From Nitrospirota bacterium (GTDB taxonomy: Bacteria; Nitrospirota; Thermodesulfovibrionia; Thermodesulfovibrionales; Dissulfurispiraceae), in contig JBFLWF010000001.1 of assembly GCA_040758355.1 (NCBI GenBank), forward strand, positions 128,001-192,000: 64,000 nucleotides of DNA. The letters are read 5' to 3'. Below, in pieces: positions 1 through 9,889 of this stretch (positions within the stretch are counted from its first letter, which is position 1; each line of letters opens with the position of its first letter). The position numbers were made by a program, and so were the translations under genes. Under the pieces are notes generated by a model. That model did not search any database. It was given only the letters and a program-made list of their open reading frames with translations, and was not told where the DNA came from.

Positions 1-1205
1 ACAGTATCTGATAAGAGCATAAACCCTTTTTTGTCAAATTGCAAGAGGCTCGTTCTTTTTATGAAATCATAAACTCCAAGAGGAGATGAAAATCTTGCTG
101 TACCGCCTGTAGGCAGAGTATGATTTGGCCCTGCTGAATAATCTCCGAGAGGTTCTGGTGTCCATTGGCCTGAAAATACAGCACCGGCATTTTTAATCAT
201 TTCCATGTCTTTTTCAGGCTGTAGCGTCATTAATTCAAGATGCTCAGGCGCAATCTCATTTGCTATATCTGCGGCCTCTTTAATGCTCTTTGTCTTGATT
301 ATAGCCCCGAATCTTTTCAGTGATTTCTTTGCTATATCCTTTCTTTTCAAACCCTTAAGTTGAATATTCAATTCCTGAATTACATTGCCTGCAAGGACTT
401 CTGAGTCCGTTATCAATATGCTGGATGCAAGCTCATCGTGCTCTGCCTGACTTAGCATATCAGAAGCGACAAATTCAGGGTTTGCGGTCTCATCTGCGAT
501 TATCAATATCTCGCTTGGCCCTGCGATCATGTCGATGTCAACTTCTCCGAAGACCATTTTTTTTGCGAGGGCAACATAGATATTTCCGGGGCCGACTATC
601 TTATCCACTTTTTTTATGCTCTCTGTGCCGTATGCCATAGCGCCGACTGCCTGAGCGCCTCCAATCCTGTAAATCTCTTTAACGCCGAGCATCTCGATTG
701 CTGCCATAACATAAGGATTTGTCTCTCCAATGGGAGTGGGAACACATAAGCATATATTTTTAACACCGGCTACCTGCGCCGGGATGACATTCATTAACAC
801 TGTTGAGGGATAAGATGCCTTTCCTCCGGGAACATACACGCCTGCCCTTTCTATAGGCCTGATTATCTGTCCAAGCAATGCACCGTCTTTCTTAAACGAC
901 CATGATTTCTCCCTTTGTCTCTCGTGAAAATCCCATATTCTTTTGGCTGACAATTCCAATGCCTTTACTATCTTTTTGTCTGCCTTTTTTGCACGCTTTG
1001 CGATATCAGAGGCTTTTAGCCTTAGAGGAAGGTCGTGTTTGTCAAATCTGCGGGTGTATTTCTCTACTGCAGAATCACCGTTCTTCCTCACATCGAAAAG
1101 TATGCTTTTTACTGCCTTTTCTATCTCCGGACTGACACCCAATGCCCTTTTCCTGAGGAGATTAAGGAATGCCGATATTTCCTTTTTGTTCTCTATAATT
1201 TTCAT
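1..1205 (-). CDS. hisD: Histidinol dehydrogenase (3' end runs off the window)
   Basis: Not in the ORF track because it is truncated. Manual translation from ATG 1205 gives MKIIENKKEISAFLN...; it contains GVYVPGGKASYPSTVLMN, VGPGNIYVA, IDMIAGPSE, QAEHD, APEHLEL and GPNHTLPTGGTARF, all HisD motifs. Confidence 0.95.
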   Translation of the reverse strand, partial: MKIIENKKEISAFLNLLRKRALGVSPEIEKAVKSILFDVRKNGDSAVEKYTRRFDKHDLPLRLKASDIAKRAKKADKKIVKALELSAKRIWDFHERQREKSWSFKKDGALLGQIIRPIERAGVYVPGGKASYPSTVLMNVIPAQVAGVKNICLCVPTPIGETNPYVMAAIEMLGVKEIYRIGGAQAVGAMAYGTESIKKVDKIVGPGNIYVALAKKMVFGEVDIDMIAGPSEILIIADETANPEFVASDMLSQAEHDELASSILITDSEVLAGNVIQELNIQLKGLKRKDIAKKSLKRFGAIIKTKSIKEAADIANEIAPEHLELMTLQPEKDMEMIKNAGAVFSGQWTPEPLGDYSAGPNHTLPTGGTARFSSPLGVYDFIKRTSLLQFDKKGFMLLSDT

Positions 1206-1224
1206 GGTGATGAATTATATCATA

Positions 1225-1436
1225 TTTAAGTTGAGCGATTTTATATTCAGATTTGTAAGGCAGGTGCTGCGGAAAGACTTTAAACCCTGCATTTGCAAAT
1301 ACATTTATCTTGTATCCGTCATCTACTACATTGGATACTTGATGGATAATGCATCTGTTATCTCTAATATGCACATGAACAAGGACTTTTTAAAGTCTTA
1401 TAGCAGTGCCTGCCTTACAAAATCGCTTAAGTTAGG
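1225..1436. repeat. ~210-bp dispersed element with terminal inverted repeats (MITE-like), copy 1
   Basis: Ends TAAGTTGAGCGATT ... AATCGCTTAAGTTAGG. Inner stem TTGTAAGGCAGGTGCTGC..AAGACTTTAAA / TTTAAAGTCTT..GCAGTGCCTGCCTTACAA. The core is shared with copies at 23.9, 26.0 and 27.2 kb. Confidence 0.85.
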
Positions 1437-1440
1437 TCAT

Positions 1441-1476
1441 AAAAGAAAAGGGGCGGACATTTTTGTCCGCCCCTTT
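1441..1476 (-). terminator. Rho-independent terminator of acs
   Basis: Stem AAAGGGGCGGACA/TGTCCGCCCCTTT followed on the minus strand by TTTTCTTTT, just downstream of the acs stop. Confidence 0.85.
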
Positions 1477-1498
1477 GAAAATGATTTTTGATCTGCTT

Positions 1499-3475
1499 CT
1501 ACAATCTTCCCTTAAGCAGGTCATTAACTACCGATGGGTCGGCAAGCGTGGAGGTGTCTCCCAGATCCTCCACATCACCCTTTGCTATTTTTCTCAGTAT
1601 CCTCCTCATTATCTTGCCGCTCCTTGTCTTTGGGAGTCCCGGTGCAAACTGGAGCTTGTCAGGAGTTGCAATCGGGCCTATTACAGTCCTTACATGCCCC
1701 ACAAGTATCTTTTTCAGCTCATCAGATGGCTGCTGTCCTTCCTTGAGAGTTACATAAACATATATGCCTTCACCCTTAATCTCGTGCGGGAAGCCGACCA
1801 CTGCTGCCTCTGCAACCGACTCGTGGCTGACAAGTGCTGACTCGACCTCTGCAGTGCCGAGCCTGTGTCCTGAGATATTGATGACATCGTCTATCCTTCC
1901 CATAAGCCAGTAGTCGCCATTTTCATCTATTCTCGCACCGTCTCCTGTAAAGTATTTTCCAGGGAATCTTGAGAAGTAGACCTCTTTGACTCTCTTGTTT
2001 TCAGTGTCTCCATATGTTCCCCTTATCATTCCGGGCCATGGCTTTTCTATTACAAGGTATCCTCCTTCGTTAACACCAGCAGGGGAGCCATTCTCTTTCA
2101 ATACTGATGGCACTACTCCGGGGAATGGCCTGTTTGCAGAGCCCGGTTTCAATGTCATTGCACCAGGAAGGGGTGTTATGAGTATTCCTCCTGTCTCTGT
2201 CTGCCACCATGTGTCCACAATGGGCAGTTTGCCTTTTCCAACATGGGTGTGATACCACATCCATGCCTCGGGGTTTATTGGTTCCCCAACGCTTCCGAGC
2301 AGTCGGAGAGATGAGAGGTCATGTTTCGTTACCCAGCTTTCTCCTTCCCTCATGAGAGCCCTTATTGCAGTTGGAGCAGTATAGAAAATGTTCACCCTGT
2401 GTTTGTCGCAAATCTCCCAGAACCTTCCGGGATTGGGATATGTGGGAATACCTTCGAACATTAAACTTGTTGCCCCGTTGCTCAATGGCCCGTAAACAAT
2501 GTAGCTGTGTCCTGTTACCCATCCTATGTCTGCAGTGCAGAAGTGGATGTCTTCATCGTGATAGTCGAATATCCATCTGAATGTGAGGTTTGTGAAGAGC
2601 ATGTATCCGCCTGTTGTGTGAAGGACACCTTTTGGTTTTCCTGTAGAGCCTGATGTATAAAGGATGAATAATGGGTCTTCGGAGTCCATCCATTCAGGCT
2701 CGCAATAGTTTGCTATATCAGGGGCGCTCATTTCTTCATGCCACCATAAGTCTCTGCTCGGCTCCATGTCTATAGCAGGGTCTGTTCTTTTCACAACTAT
2801 TACCTTCTCGACAGTAGGACATTCATGGAGTGCTTCGTCTGCATTCGCCTTTAGAGGAACAAATCTTCCGCCCCTTACTCCCCTGTCTGAAGTGATGAGG
2901 AGTTTTGACTGACAGTCCTGAATCCTGTCCCTTAATGCCTGCGCGCTGAATCCTCCGAATACTATGCTGTGGATTGCTCCTATCCTTGCGCATGCGAGCA
3001 TTGCTATTGCAAGCTCCGGTATCATTGGAAGATATATGGTTACCCTGTCTCCCTTCTTTACGCCGTGCTTTTTAAGGACATTGGCAAACCTGTTGACTTC
3101 ATAATAAAGCTGCTGATACGTGTATGTCCTGTAGCCTCCGCCGTCCATCTCCCATATGATGGCAGCCTTGTTCCTTATGGGTGTGTTTATGAACCTGTCG
3201 AGGCAGTTGTAGGATGCATTTAATTTGCCGCCTGCAAACCATTTTATCTCCGGCTTTTCAAAGCTCCACTCAAGGACCTTGTCCCATTTCTTGAACCATG
3301 TCAGATTCTTTTCAGCCATCTCCGACCAGAAGCCCTCGGGGTCTTCTATAGACCTCTTGTACATCTGCTCATACTCTTTCATGTTCTTGATATGGGCCTT
3401 TTCGCTGAATTCTTTCGATGGCGGAAATATCCTTTTCTCAGCCATTAATACATCAATCTTACCTGCTTCAGTCAT
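1499..3475 (-). CDS. acs: Acetyl-CoA synthetase (AMP-forming)
   Basis: 658 aa. Has [21 protein letters not shown] and [12 protein letters not shown] (includes the acetylation Lys). Confidence 0.97.
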   Translation of the reverse strand: MTEAGKIDVLMAEKRIFPPSKEFSEKAHIKNMKEYEQMYKRSIEDPEGFWSEMAEKNLTWFKKWDKVLEWSFEKPEIKWFAGGKLNASYNCLDRFINTPIRNKAAIIWEMDGGGYRTYTYQQLYYEVNRFANVLKKHGVKKGDRVTIYLPMIPELAIAMLACARIGAIHSIVFGGFSAQALRDRIQDCQSKLLITSDRGVRGGRFVPLKANADEALHECPTVEKVIVVKRTDPAIDMEPSRDLWWHEEMSAPDIANYCEPEWMDSEDPLFILYTSGSTGKPKGVLHTTGGYMLFTNLTFRWIFDYHDEDIHFCTADIGWVTGHSYIVYGPLSNGATSLMFEGIPTYPNPGRFWEICDKHRVNIFYTAPTAIRALMREGESWVTKHDLSSLRLLGSVGEPINPEAWMWYHTHVGKGKLPIVDTWWQTETGGILITPLPGAMTLKPGSANRPFPGVVPSVLKENGSPAGVNEGGYLVIEKPWPGMIRGTYGDTENKRVKEVYFSRFPGKYFTGDGARIDENGDYWLMGRIDDVINISGHRLGTAEVESALVSHESVAEAAVVGFPHEIKGEGIYVYVTLKEGQQPSDELKKILVGHVRTVIGPIATPDKLQFAPGLPKTRSGKIMRRILRKIAKGDVEDLGDTSTLADPSVVNDLLKGRL

Positions 3476-3499
3476 AAATACCTCCGTTTTTATTAGTTA

Positions 3500-3587
3500 A
3501 TGAGTATATGAGTATATGAGTATATGAGTATATGAGGTTTTTTAACCCATTTACTCATTCACCCATTTGCCCATTAACTCATTTGCC
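3500..3587. repeat. Two opposed octamer tandem arrays upstream of acs
   Basis: (ATGAGTAT)x4 at 3500-3536 and RCYCATTH x5 at 3545-3587. The arms are roughly reverse-complementary (ATGAGT/ACTCAT). Confidence 0.9.
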
Positions 3588-3602
3588 GCCTTAAAGTCCA
3601 TT

Positions 3603-3872
3603 TTATTTATAAGTCCCCGACCTTAAGATTATAACAAAGGCCAGACGGACTATTACAATCAAAATAATCGAGATCCATGGAATGCAGCTTTCCTTTGCAA
3701 AGGGTACAATCTTTCGTGTAATTTTGTAAACCGGTTCTGTAAATTTAATAAAAAATGCCATTATAAAGTTTTCCCTGTTAGCCCTAAAAAGCGACAAGAC
3801 AAGTCTTCCAACAATAAGCCACATGAAAAGGGCAAGGGTATAGTTAATTATCTGTATCAGCCATGCAATCAT
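3603..3872 (-). CDS. YggT-family small membrane protein
   Basis: 89 aa with two hydrophobic segments and a central N-F-I..F..KFTEPVY motif typical of YggT. Confidence 0.7.
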   Translation of the reverse strand: MIAWLIQIINYTLALFMWLIVGRLVLSLFRANRENFIMAFFIKFTEPVYKITRKIVPFAKESCIPWISIILIVIVRLAFVIILRSGTYK

Positions 3873-3894
3873 TTATCGCCCAAATATTCCTTTT

Positions 3895-3968
3895 TGGAGT
3901 ATTGGAGTGCTGGAGCAGTGTTTTGAATACAATGCTCCATCACTCCATTTATTTTACTCCAATGCTCC
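3895..3968. repeat. Opposed TGGAGTNN / NACTCCA octamer arrays at the actP 3' end
   Basis: TGGAGTAT TGGAGTGC TGGAGCAG, then CAATGCTC CATCACTC CATT, then TTACTCCAATGCTCC overlapping the last codons of actP (GALE*). Confidence 0.8.
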
Positions 3969-5966
3969 TTCTGCCTTTACTGCGCCTTTAGGATATCTGA
4001 CGCTCTCCACAAATTCCTGCATATCTTTTGATGGCTCAGCTGTGAGTCTCGACACTATCCAGATAGTGATAAAACCGAGCGGAATACCGAATATTCCAGA
4101 AGATACGGTTTTTATTCCCCACCAGTTAAGACCGAAAAACCTGCTGCCGACCATGTAGAACAGGGTTACTCCAAGTCCCACTACCATACCGGCAACAGCA
4201 CCTGCCTTATTTGCCCTCTTCGACCATATTCCCATGACAAGGGCAGGGAAGAACGATGCTGCTGCGAGGGAGAATGCCCATGCCACAAGCTCGACGATAA
4301 TAGTGAGTTTATATGTTGCCACATAGGCTGCAATGGCTGCGCTTACAACAAGCAGCGCCCTCGAAATCGTAAGCCTTCTCAGGATAGATGCCTTTGGATT
4401 GATTATCTTGTAATAGAGGTCATGTGAAAGTGCATTGGAAATAGTCAGGAGCAATCCGTCAGCAGTAGAGAGTGCTGCTGCAAGACCTCCTGCTGCCACA
4501 AGGCCTGCTATTACATAGGGAAGGCCTGCAATCTCTGGAGTTGCAAGCACTATGGCATCAGGCTTCAACAAAAGCTCTCCAAATTGCAGTATTCCGTCAC
4601 CGTTCATGTCTTTGACCGAAACAAGGCCTACCTTTGCCCATGAACTGACCCATCCCGGCAACGTGGCTACTGCCTGTCCGATAACATTTGTGAGCACCTC
4701 ATTCCTTGCAAATGCTGCATAGGCCGGTGCTGTAAAGTAGAGGAGGAATATAAAGAATAACGACCATGCAACAGATGAGCGCGCCTCTTTAACAGATGGC
4801 ACTGTATAGTATCTCATAAGAATGTGAGGAAGGCCAGCAGTACCCACCATGAGACAGAAGGTGAGGGCGAGCATGTTCTTCATATCCATTCTTGCAAAGG
4901 GCTGTATATAAGGTTTAGGCGTCTTGGCATTGTCTGCTGATGCCTTCTTTGCCTCTGTCCACTTTTCTTTTGCCTCTTCAGGTGTCTTCGGGAGGTCTTT
5001 TATGGCCTTCTGTATGGCCTCTCTGTCTTTTGCAGGTACATCTGCAGGAAGGGCAGCAAGCTTTGCCTCAAGAGATTTCTTTTCTTCATCCAGGCTTGCA
5101 GGGAGTGCCTTTATCTTTGCATCGAGATCACCTGCACGCTTTTTCCATAGATCTCGTACCTGCTGCTCAACAGGGCTTGCTATAATCTCCTTTTCCTTTG
5201 CATCTATCTTCTGTAGTGCCTGTCCGTACATTATCTGCGGTATAGGAACGCCTGTGGTCTTATAGGACATAACAGTAACAGGAACGAGATAGGCAACGAT
5301 AAGGATTATATACTGTGCAACCTGTGTCCATGTAACAGCCCTCATGCCGCCGAGCATTGAGCATACGAGGATGCCTGCGAGACCTACGAAGACGCCGACA
5401 TTAAAGGAGATCCCCAGGAATCGGCTTGTGATAATTCCTACGCCTGTGACCTGTGCTATGAGATAGGTGAAAGACGCGATAATTGCTGCTATAATACCAA
5501 TGGTACGGGCGACATTTCCTCCATACCTTGCACCTAAAAAGTCAGGGATGGTGTACTGGCCGAATTTTCTCAGGTAGGGAGCCAGGAAAACCGCCAGCAG
5601 GACATAGCCGCCCGTCCAACCCATAACATAGGCAAGTCCGTCATATCCGAATGTGTATATTGTTCCAGCCATGCCTATAAAGGATGCAGCAGACATCCAG
5701 TCAGAGCCTGTTGCCATGCCATTGAAAAATGCCGGAACCCTTCTACCTGCAACGTAGTATTCGGATATCTTTGCGGTTCTCGACATGATGCCTATTGCAG
5801 CATAAACAGCTATGGTAACGGCCATGAATGTCCAGCCAATGTACTTCGGCTGCAGCCCCAGCTGTTCTGCTATTCCGAGGGCTATAACAAAGGCAATAAA
5901 CACCCCTGTGTAAATGCCGTAAATCTTACCGAGGTTTTGCGTGAATGCATCTTTCTTCTCTGCCAT
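3954..5966 (-). CDS. actP: Sodium:solute symporter, ActP-like acetate permease
   Basis: 670 aa multi-TM protein. Has NGMATGSDWMSAASF, GGMRAVTWTQVAQY and GTAGLPHILMRYY; lies next to acs. Confidence 0.85.
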   Translation of the reverse strand: MAEKKDAFTQNLGKIYGIYTGVFIAFVIALGIAEQLGLQPKYIGWTFMAVTIAVYAAIGIMSRTAKISEYYVAGRRVPAFFNGMATGSDWMSAASFIGMAGTIYTFGYDGLAYVMGWTGGYVLLAVFLAPYLRKFGQYTIPDFLGARYGGNVARTIGIIAAIIASFTYLIAQVTGVGIITSRFLGISFNVGVFVGLAGILVCSMLGGMRAVTWTQVAQYIILIVAYLVPVTVMSYKTTGVPIPQIMYGQALQKIDAKEKEIIASPVEQQVRDLWKKRAGDLDAKIKALPASLDEEKKSLEAKLAALPADVPAKDREAIQKAIKDLPKTPEEAKEKWTEAKKASADNAKTPKPYIQPFARMDMKNMLALTFCLMVGTAGLPHILMRYYTVPSVKEARSSVAWSLFFIFLLYFTAPAYAAFARNEVLTNVIGQAVATLPGWVSSWAKVGLVSVKDMNGDGILQFGELLLKPDAIVLATPEIAGLPYVIAGLVAAGGLAAALSTADGLLLTISNALSHDLYYKIINPKASILRRLTISRALLVVSAAIAAYVATYKLTIIVELVAWAFSLAAASFFPALVMGIWSKRANKAGAVAGMVVGLGVTLFYMVGSRFFGLNWWGIKTVSSGIFGIPLGFITIWIVSRLTAEPSKDMQEFVESVRYPKGAVKAEGALE

Positions 5967-6227
5967 TTACTCCTCCTCCTCAACACCGTATTTTTTGTCG
6001 ATCCTGTTCATCTTTTTTGCGTAGTTTGCAATGAGCAGGACGAACACAATGAGAGAGCCCTGTGCACCCATGTAATATCCGAGCGGGAACCCGATAATTG
6101 ATATGTTATTCAGGGCATTTACTATTATCGCTGCGCCGAATGAGACAATGAACCATATTGCAAGGGTTATTGCAGTAAGTTTCTGGTTTTCTTTCCAGTA
6201 AGCCTCAAGTTTTTCTTTTTCGATCAT
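5967..6227 (-). CDS. DUF4212-type small membrane partner of the symporter
   Basis: ATG 6227 follows an AGGAGG RBS. Has YWKEN...GFPLGYYMGAQGS, the typical small subunit found upstream of actP-like genes. Confidence 0.8.
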   Translation of the reverse strand: MIEKEKLEAYWKENQKLTAITLAIWFIVSFGAAIIVNALNNISIIGFPLGYYMGAQGSLIVFVLLIANYAKKMNRIDKKYGVEEEE

Positions 6228-6296
6228 TTCTCCTCCTTCTCTGGTTTTTAATTTCAAATTTGAGATTTGAGATTTTTTGTTTTCACCTCCTCCCCC

Positions 6297-6953
6297 TTAA
6301 GGTCTTCCTATGATCAAGAGGTCTCTTACCGTCCTTACGCCGAGCTGCGGCAGGCGGCTCAAGAACCTCTGAAAAAGCTGCGCAGTGATAAAGGCATCCA
6401 TCAGGGCATTGTGCGCCCCGGATACCTGAATTTTGTATTTTTTCGCAAGTGAAAATAGATCCTTTTCTTCGTTATCTCCATATTGCCTGCTGAAATCCCC
6501 ATTGTGATGCTTTACCCAGTTGTGTATTCTGTATGTGTCGACAGCAGGATTATCAAGGGATTGTCCTGAAAATCTCTTTATTTCCCTGTTAAGGAACATG
6601 AGGTCAAGATGGATGAAATGACCCACGAGCACGCACTCCTTGCAAAAATTCATAAGTTCAGGAATTACGCCTCCTATGTACGGTTTTTCTTCCACCTCTG
6701 AAGGCGTGATGCCGTGAACTACAACGCTGTCCGAGGTAAGGGCTGTCTGTGGCTTTACAAGCCTGTAAAATGCCTCTCCCAGCTTTATCCTCATGCCAGA
6801 CATCTTTATCGCGCCGATGGATACTATCGAGTCCCGTTTCGGGTCAAGGCCTGTAAGCTCTGTATCAATGACCGCATAACATGCCTCATTTATGGCAATA
6901 TCGAGCAGCTCCTTCGGATACTCGGCAACCCTTCTTTTAAACAAAGTAAGCAT
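6297..6953 (-). CDS. DEDDh 3'-5' exonuclease-like protein (Pol III epsilon-like)
   Basis: VIDTELTG, GHFIHLD and HNALMDA (ExoI/II/III motifs). Confidence 0.9.
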   Translation of the reverse strand: MLTLFKRRVAEYPKELLDIAINEACYAVIDTELTGLDPKRDSIVSIGAIKMSGMRIKLGEAFYRLVKPQTALTSDSVVVHGITPSEVEEKPYIGGVIPELMNFCKECVLVGHFIHLDLMFLNREIKRFSGQSLDNPAVDTYRIHNWVKHHNGDFSRQYGDNEEKDLFSLAKKYKIQVSGAHNALMDAFITAQLFQRFLSRLPQLGVRTVRDLLIIGRP

Positions 6954-8857
6954 TATCCACCCACCATTCCGGGACCGTACTGATCTATAATGGATTCCTG
7001 AATTTTTGATATGATATGGAATGCCTCTTTAAGGGATTTCCTTTCGAGGCTGCTCAGTTTTGCAGGATTTATAAAATTGTCAGGAGGAATAGACCCCTCT
7101 ATCTGCTCCATCTGGTGGTGTATCCTCAGATGGTTTATGAACTCAAATGACTGTCCAAGCTCATCGCCCATTTCTTTGATCACGGGATTTTTGTCCCTGA
7201 GTTCCTCTATCCTCTCGATAGTGGATGTTGCATTCACGCCGGACTCGAGGGCAAAGAGCCTTATAATGTCAACAAGAGGCCCTATGCCGTTAACCTTTAG
7301 ATTCAGCTCGTCTTTATGCTCACCGCTCTTTTCCACGATAAAGGCCTTGAAAAATCCGAGGGGAGGCCTGTTCTTTGTTATTATCCCTGCCATTTTTGCA
7401 AGGAATATTTTCTGTCCCTTTAATGCATTGTTGAGGTATGCCCTCAACTCGTCCGCAAGGCCAAATTGTCCATAGAGGGGCCTGAAATCAAAGAATATGA
7501 GGGATTTAAGCACAGAATCCGGTGTTGGGCTCGATATCCATTTTGAAAAATATTTCTTCCATACGCTCAAAGGCTGTCGCCACTCAGGATTACTCGCCAT
7601 GTTATCTGCAGGACAGAGTGGAAAGCCGCATTTAACAAGGCAGTCCCTCACAAATACAGAGAAATCGGAAAAATACTTCTCCACCTCTTTTCTTTTCGTC
7701 TCATCCGACATATCGGCATAGATAATCGCATTATCCTGGTCTGTCCTGAAGGTCTGCTCCCTGCGTCCTTCGCTTCCGAACACAATCCAGCAATAGGAAA
7801 CAGGCGGCTTGCCGAGTTTGTTTTCGGCTATTTCGAGGACCTTTCTTATAATCCTGTCGTTGAGTTCCGAGATTATCTTTGTTATGTTGACTGCCCTTGC
7901 CCCTTCTTTCAGAAGCAGGCCTATTATCTTATTTATCTTCTCTGCTACCGGCACCAGCCCATCTATGGTTGTCTGGCTTTCTATGTCCTTTGCAAAGGAG
8001 AGGGGGGATTTGCCCTGAAGGAGCATGAGGTCGTGGTTTGTCAAGACCCCTCTCAGGTTTCCATCCATTATCACAAGCACATGGTGGATGTTGTGCTTTA
8101 TCATCTTTAAGACAGCTTCGAAACAGTAATCATTTGCATCTACCCTTATAAGGGGCAGGGATTTTATGCTGTCTATAGGCTCTGTGACATCCCGGCCCTT
8201 TGCAACTACCTTTTCCCTGAGGTCCCTGTCCGTTACAATGCCTGTTGGAAGATTATTTTTATCCACGATTATCACCGAGCTTACTTTATGGGCTGCCATG
8301 ACCCTTGCAGCCTCTTTTATGGGCGTCCCCTCTATCACCTTCACCACATCCTTTAAGGCAATATCGCCAACACGGGTTGTAAAAAGGACATGGTCGCTGC
8401 TGCCGTAAAACAGGCTCTTGCCGTGCAACTCCCTGTATGTTTTGTCTATATACTTTGAGAAATGGGACTGCAGGAAATATTCGGTAAATGCCGGAGTGGA
8501 ATCTATAAGCTCAAGAAGCCTTTCCTTTGCAAGCAGATAGCAGACTGTATCATCTACAGCAGTTACAGTTGTTTTCTGTTTGTTGCCCATAAGGGACATT
8601 AATCCGAAGGATTCTCCCTCACCCCGGTAATCTATTACCACATCCTCACCGCTGTCGGTTTTTATGGAGACCCTGACTCCTCCTTTTTTTATTATCCTCA
8701 GGGAGTCGCTGGGAGGTCCATCCTGTTTAAGGATAATGGTGTCTTTCGGATAAAAATCCACTGATATGCTGTTGACAACACTGTCCAATACAGCATCGTC
8801 CAGAAATTGAAAAGGCGGGGTGTTCTTCAGAAATTTTTTAATGTCCTCAAAATACAT
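6953..8857 (-). CDS. cNMP-binding/CBS/DUF294 putative nucleotidyltransferase
   Basis: N-terminal cNMP domain (GESFG), a CBS pair (GIVTDRDL), an NTase motif FGSEGRREQTFRTDQDNA and a DUF294_C tail. Confidence 0.9.
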   Translation of the reverse strand: MYFEDIKKFLKNTPPFQFLDDAVLDSVVNSISVDFYPKDTIILKQDGPPSDSLRIIKKGGVRVSIKTDSGEDVVIDYRGEGESFGLMSLMGNKQKTTVTAVDDTVCYLLAKERLLELIDSTPAFTEYFLQSHFSKYIDKTYRELHGKSLFYGSSDHVLFTTRVGDIALKDVVKVIEGTPIKEAARVMAAHKVSSVIIVDKNNLPTGIVTDRDLREKVVAKGRDVTEPIDSIKSLPLIRVDANDYCFEAVLKMIKHNIHHVLVIMDGNLRGVLTNHDLMLLQGKSPLSFAKDIESQTTIDGLVPVAEKINKIIGLLLKEGARAVNITKIISELNDRIIRKVLEIAENKLGKPPVSYCWIVFGSEGRREQTFRTDQDNAIIYADMSDETKRKEVEKYFSDFSVFVRDCLVKCGFPLCPADNMASNPEWRQPLSVWKKYFSKWISSPTPDSVLKSLIFFDFRPLYGQFGLADELRAYLNNALKGQKIFLAKMAGIITKNRPPLGFFKAFIVEKSGEHKDELNLKVNGIGPLVDIIRLFALESGVNATSTIERIEELRDKNPVIKEMGDELGQSFEFINHLRIHHQMEQIEGSIPPDNFINPAKLSSLERKSLKEAFHIISKIQESIIDQYGPGMVGG

Positions 8858-8881
8858 ATGTCCTCCAAGGTTAGAATTTAT

Positions 8882-8897
8882 AGCAAATGAAATGCCA
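8882..8897 (-). promoter_or_regulatory. Sigma54 (-24/-12) promoter of the acetate operon
   Basis: Minus strand reads TGGCATTTCATTTGCT (GG-N10-GC), about 25 nt upstream of the DUF294 ATG, which has a GGAGG RBS. Confidence 0.8.
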
Positions 8898-9046
8898 GAT
8901 TTTATAATTTAAAATACAATTAAATCAAGGACTTGCAAAAATGAATCAGGGCTGTTCTGTTAAGCCTTGTAACTAAAAGTAATAGAGGGCAGATTTTTGT
9001 TACTTTGTGTAGCAAGGGCAAGTTACAATTATTAATCAGTTGATAA

Positions 9047-9889
9047 TTAAGGAATAAGCATGGAGTGGTTCTTGATCTCCCTATAAGAAAAAACAGGGCC
9101 GTCTGTGCAGATGTATTTGGGGCCAGCATAGCAATGGCCGCATTTGCCGACACCGCACTTCATATGAGATTCGAGGGTGGTGATTATCTTCTCATCAGGC
9201 ATGCCGAGAAAGAACAGGTCTCTCATGGCAGCCTTAATCATTACCTCAGGGCCGCATATATAAGCGACTGCCCTTTTAAAGCTTGTGCGCACCTCCGGCC
9301 AGAGACCTGTCACGAGTCCCACGCTTCCATTCCATTTGTCACTTCCCTTATCAGCAGTCAGTACAACTGTTATTCCGGCCTTTTCCCATTCTTCTACTTC
9401 ATCCCGGAATATAATCTCATCCGGTGTTCTTGAGCCGTAAAGGAGGGTTACTTTACCGACCTCATTGTGATTCTTTATAAACTGTTTTATAAGGGGTCTA
9501 AGGGGTGCAATGCCGATTCCACCTGCAACCATGACCACATCTCTTCCCTTTGATATATCTATGGGAAAGCCATTTCCGTAAGGCCCCCTCAACCCGATGG
9601 TTTGTCCTGTCTCCAAGGAATGGATTGCAGAGGTTACAACACCCGTCTTTCTAATGCATAGCTCTATTGTCCCATTCTTTTCAGGCAGGGATGCCACGGA
9701 TATCGGGACTTCGCCCGCACCCCAGAAAGAGACCATAAAGAACTGTCCGGGAACATAATCAATAGAAGCCCCTGTCTTTACCTTGAAGAGTCTCACATCA
9801 CCTGTGAGTTGTGTGATCTCCTCTATTTTGCCGCTCAGGGGTATGTATACATTCTCGTTCGTCCAGTTATTTTTCATACTGCCTTTCAT
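9047..9889 (-). CDS. FAD/NAD(P)-binding [2Fe-2S] subunit, AsrB/HydG-like
   Basis: PGQFFM, RGPYGNGF, VAGGIGIAP, ICGPEVM and CGVGKCGHC...C motifs. Confidence 0.88.
   Translation of the reverse strand: MKGSMKNNWTNENVYIPLSGKIEEITQLTGDVRLFKVKTGASIDYVPGQFFMVSFWGAGEVPISVASLPEKNGTIELCIRKTGVVTSAIHSLETGQTIGLRGPYGNGFPIDISKGRDVVMVAGGIGIAPLRPLIKQFIKNHNEVGKVTLLYGSRTPDEIIFRDEVEEWEKAGITVVLTADKGSDKWNGSVGLVTGLWPEVRTSFKRAVAYICGPEVMIKAAMRDLFFLGMPDEKIITTLESHMKCGVGKCGHCYAGPKYICTDGPVFSYREIKNHSMLIP

Noticed and set aside
943..1491. 182-aa + strand ORF, and similar ORFs at 25907-26179 and 27059-27465
   Set aside because: They are antisense to real genes and run through the 210-bp element. The shared peptide (CKYIYLVSVIYYIGYL) merely reflects the repeat, and frames differ between copies.
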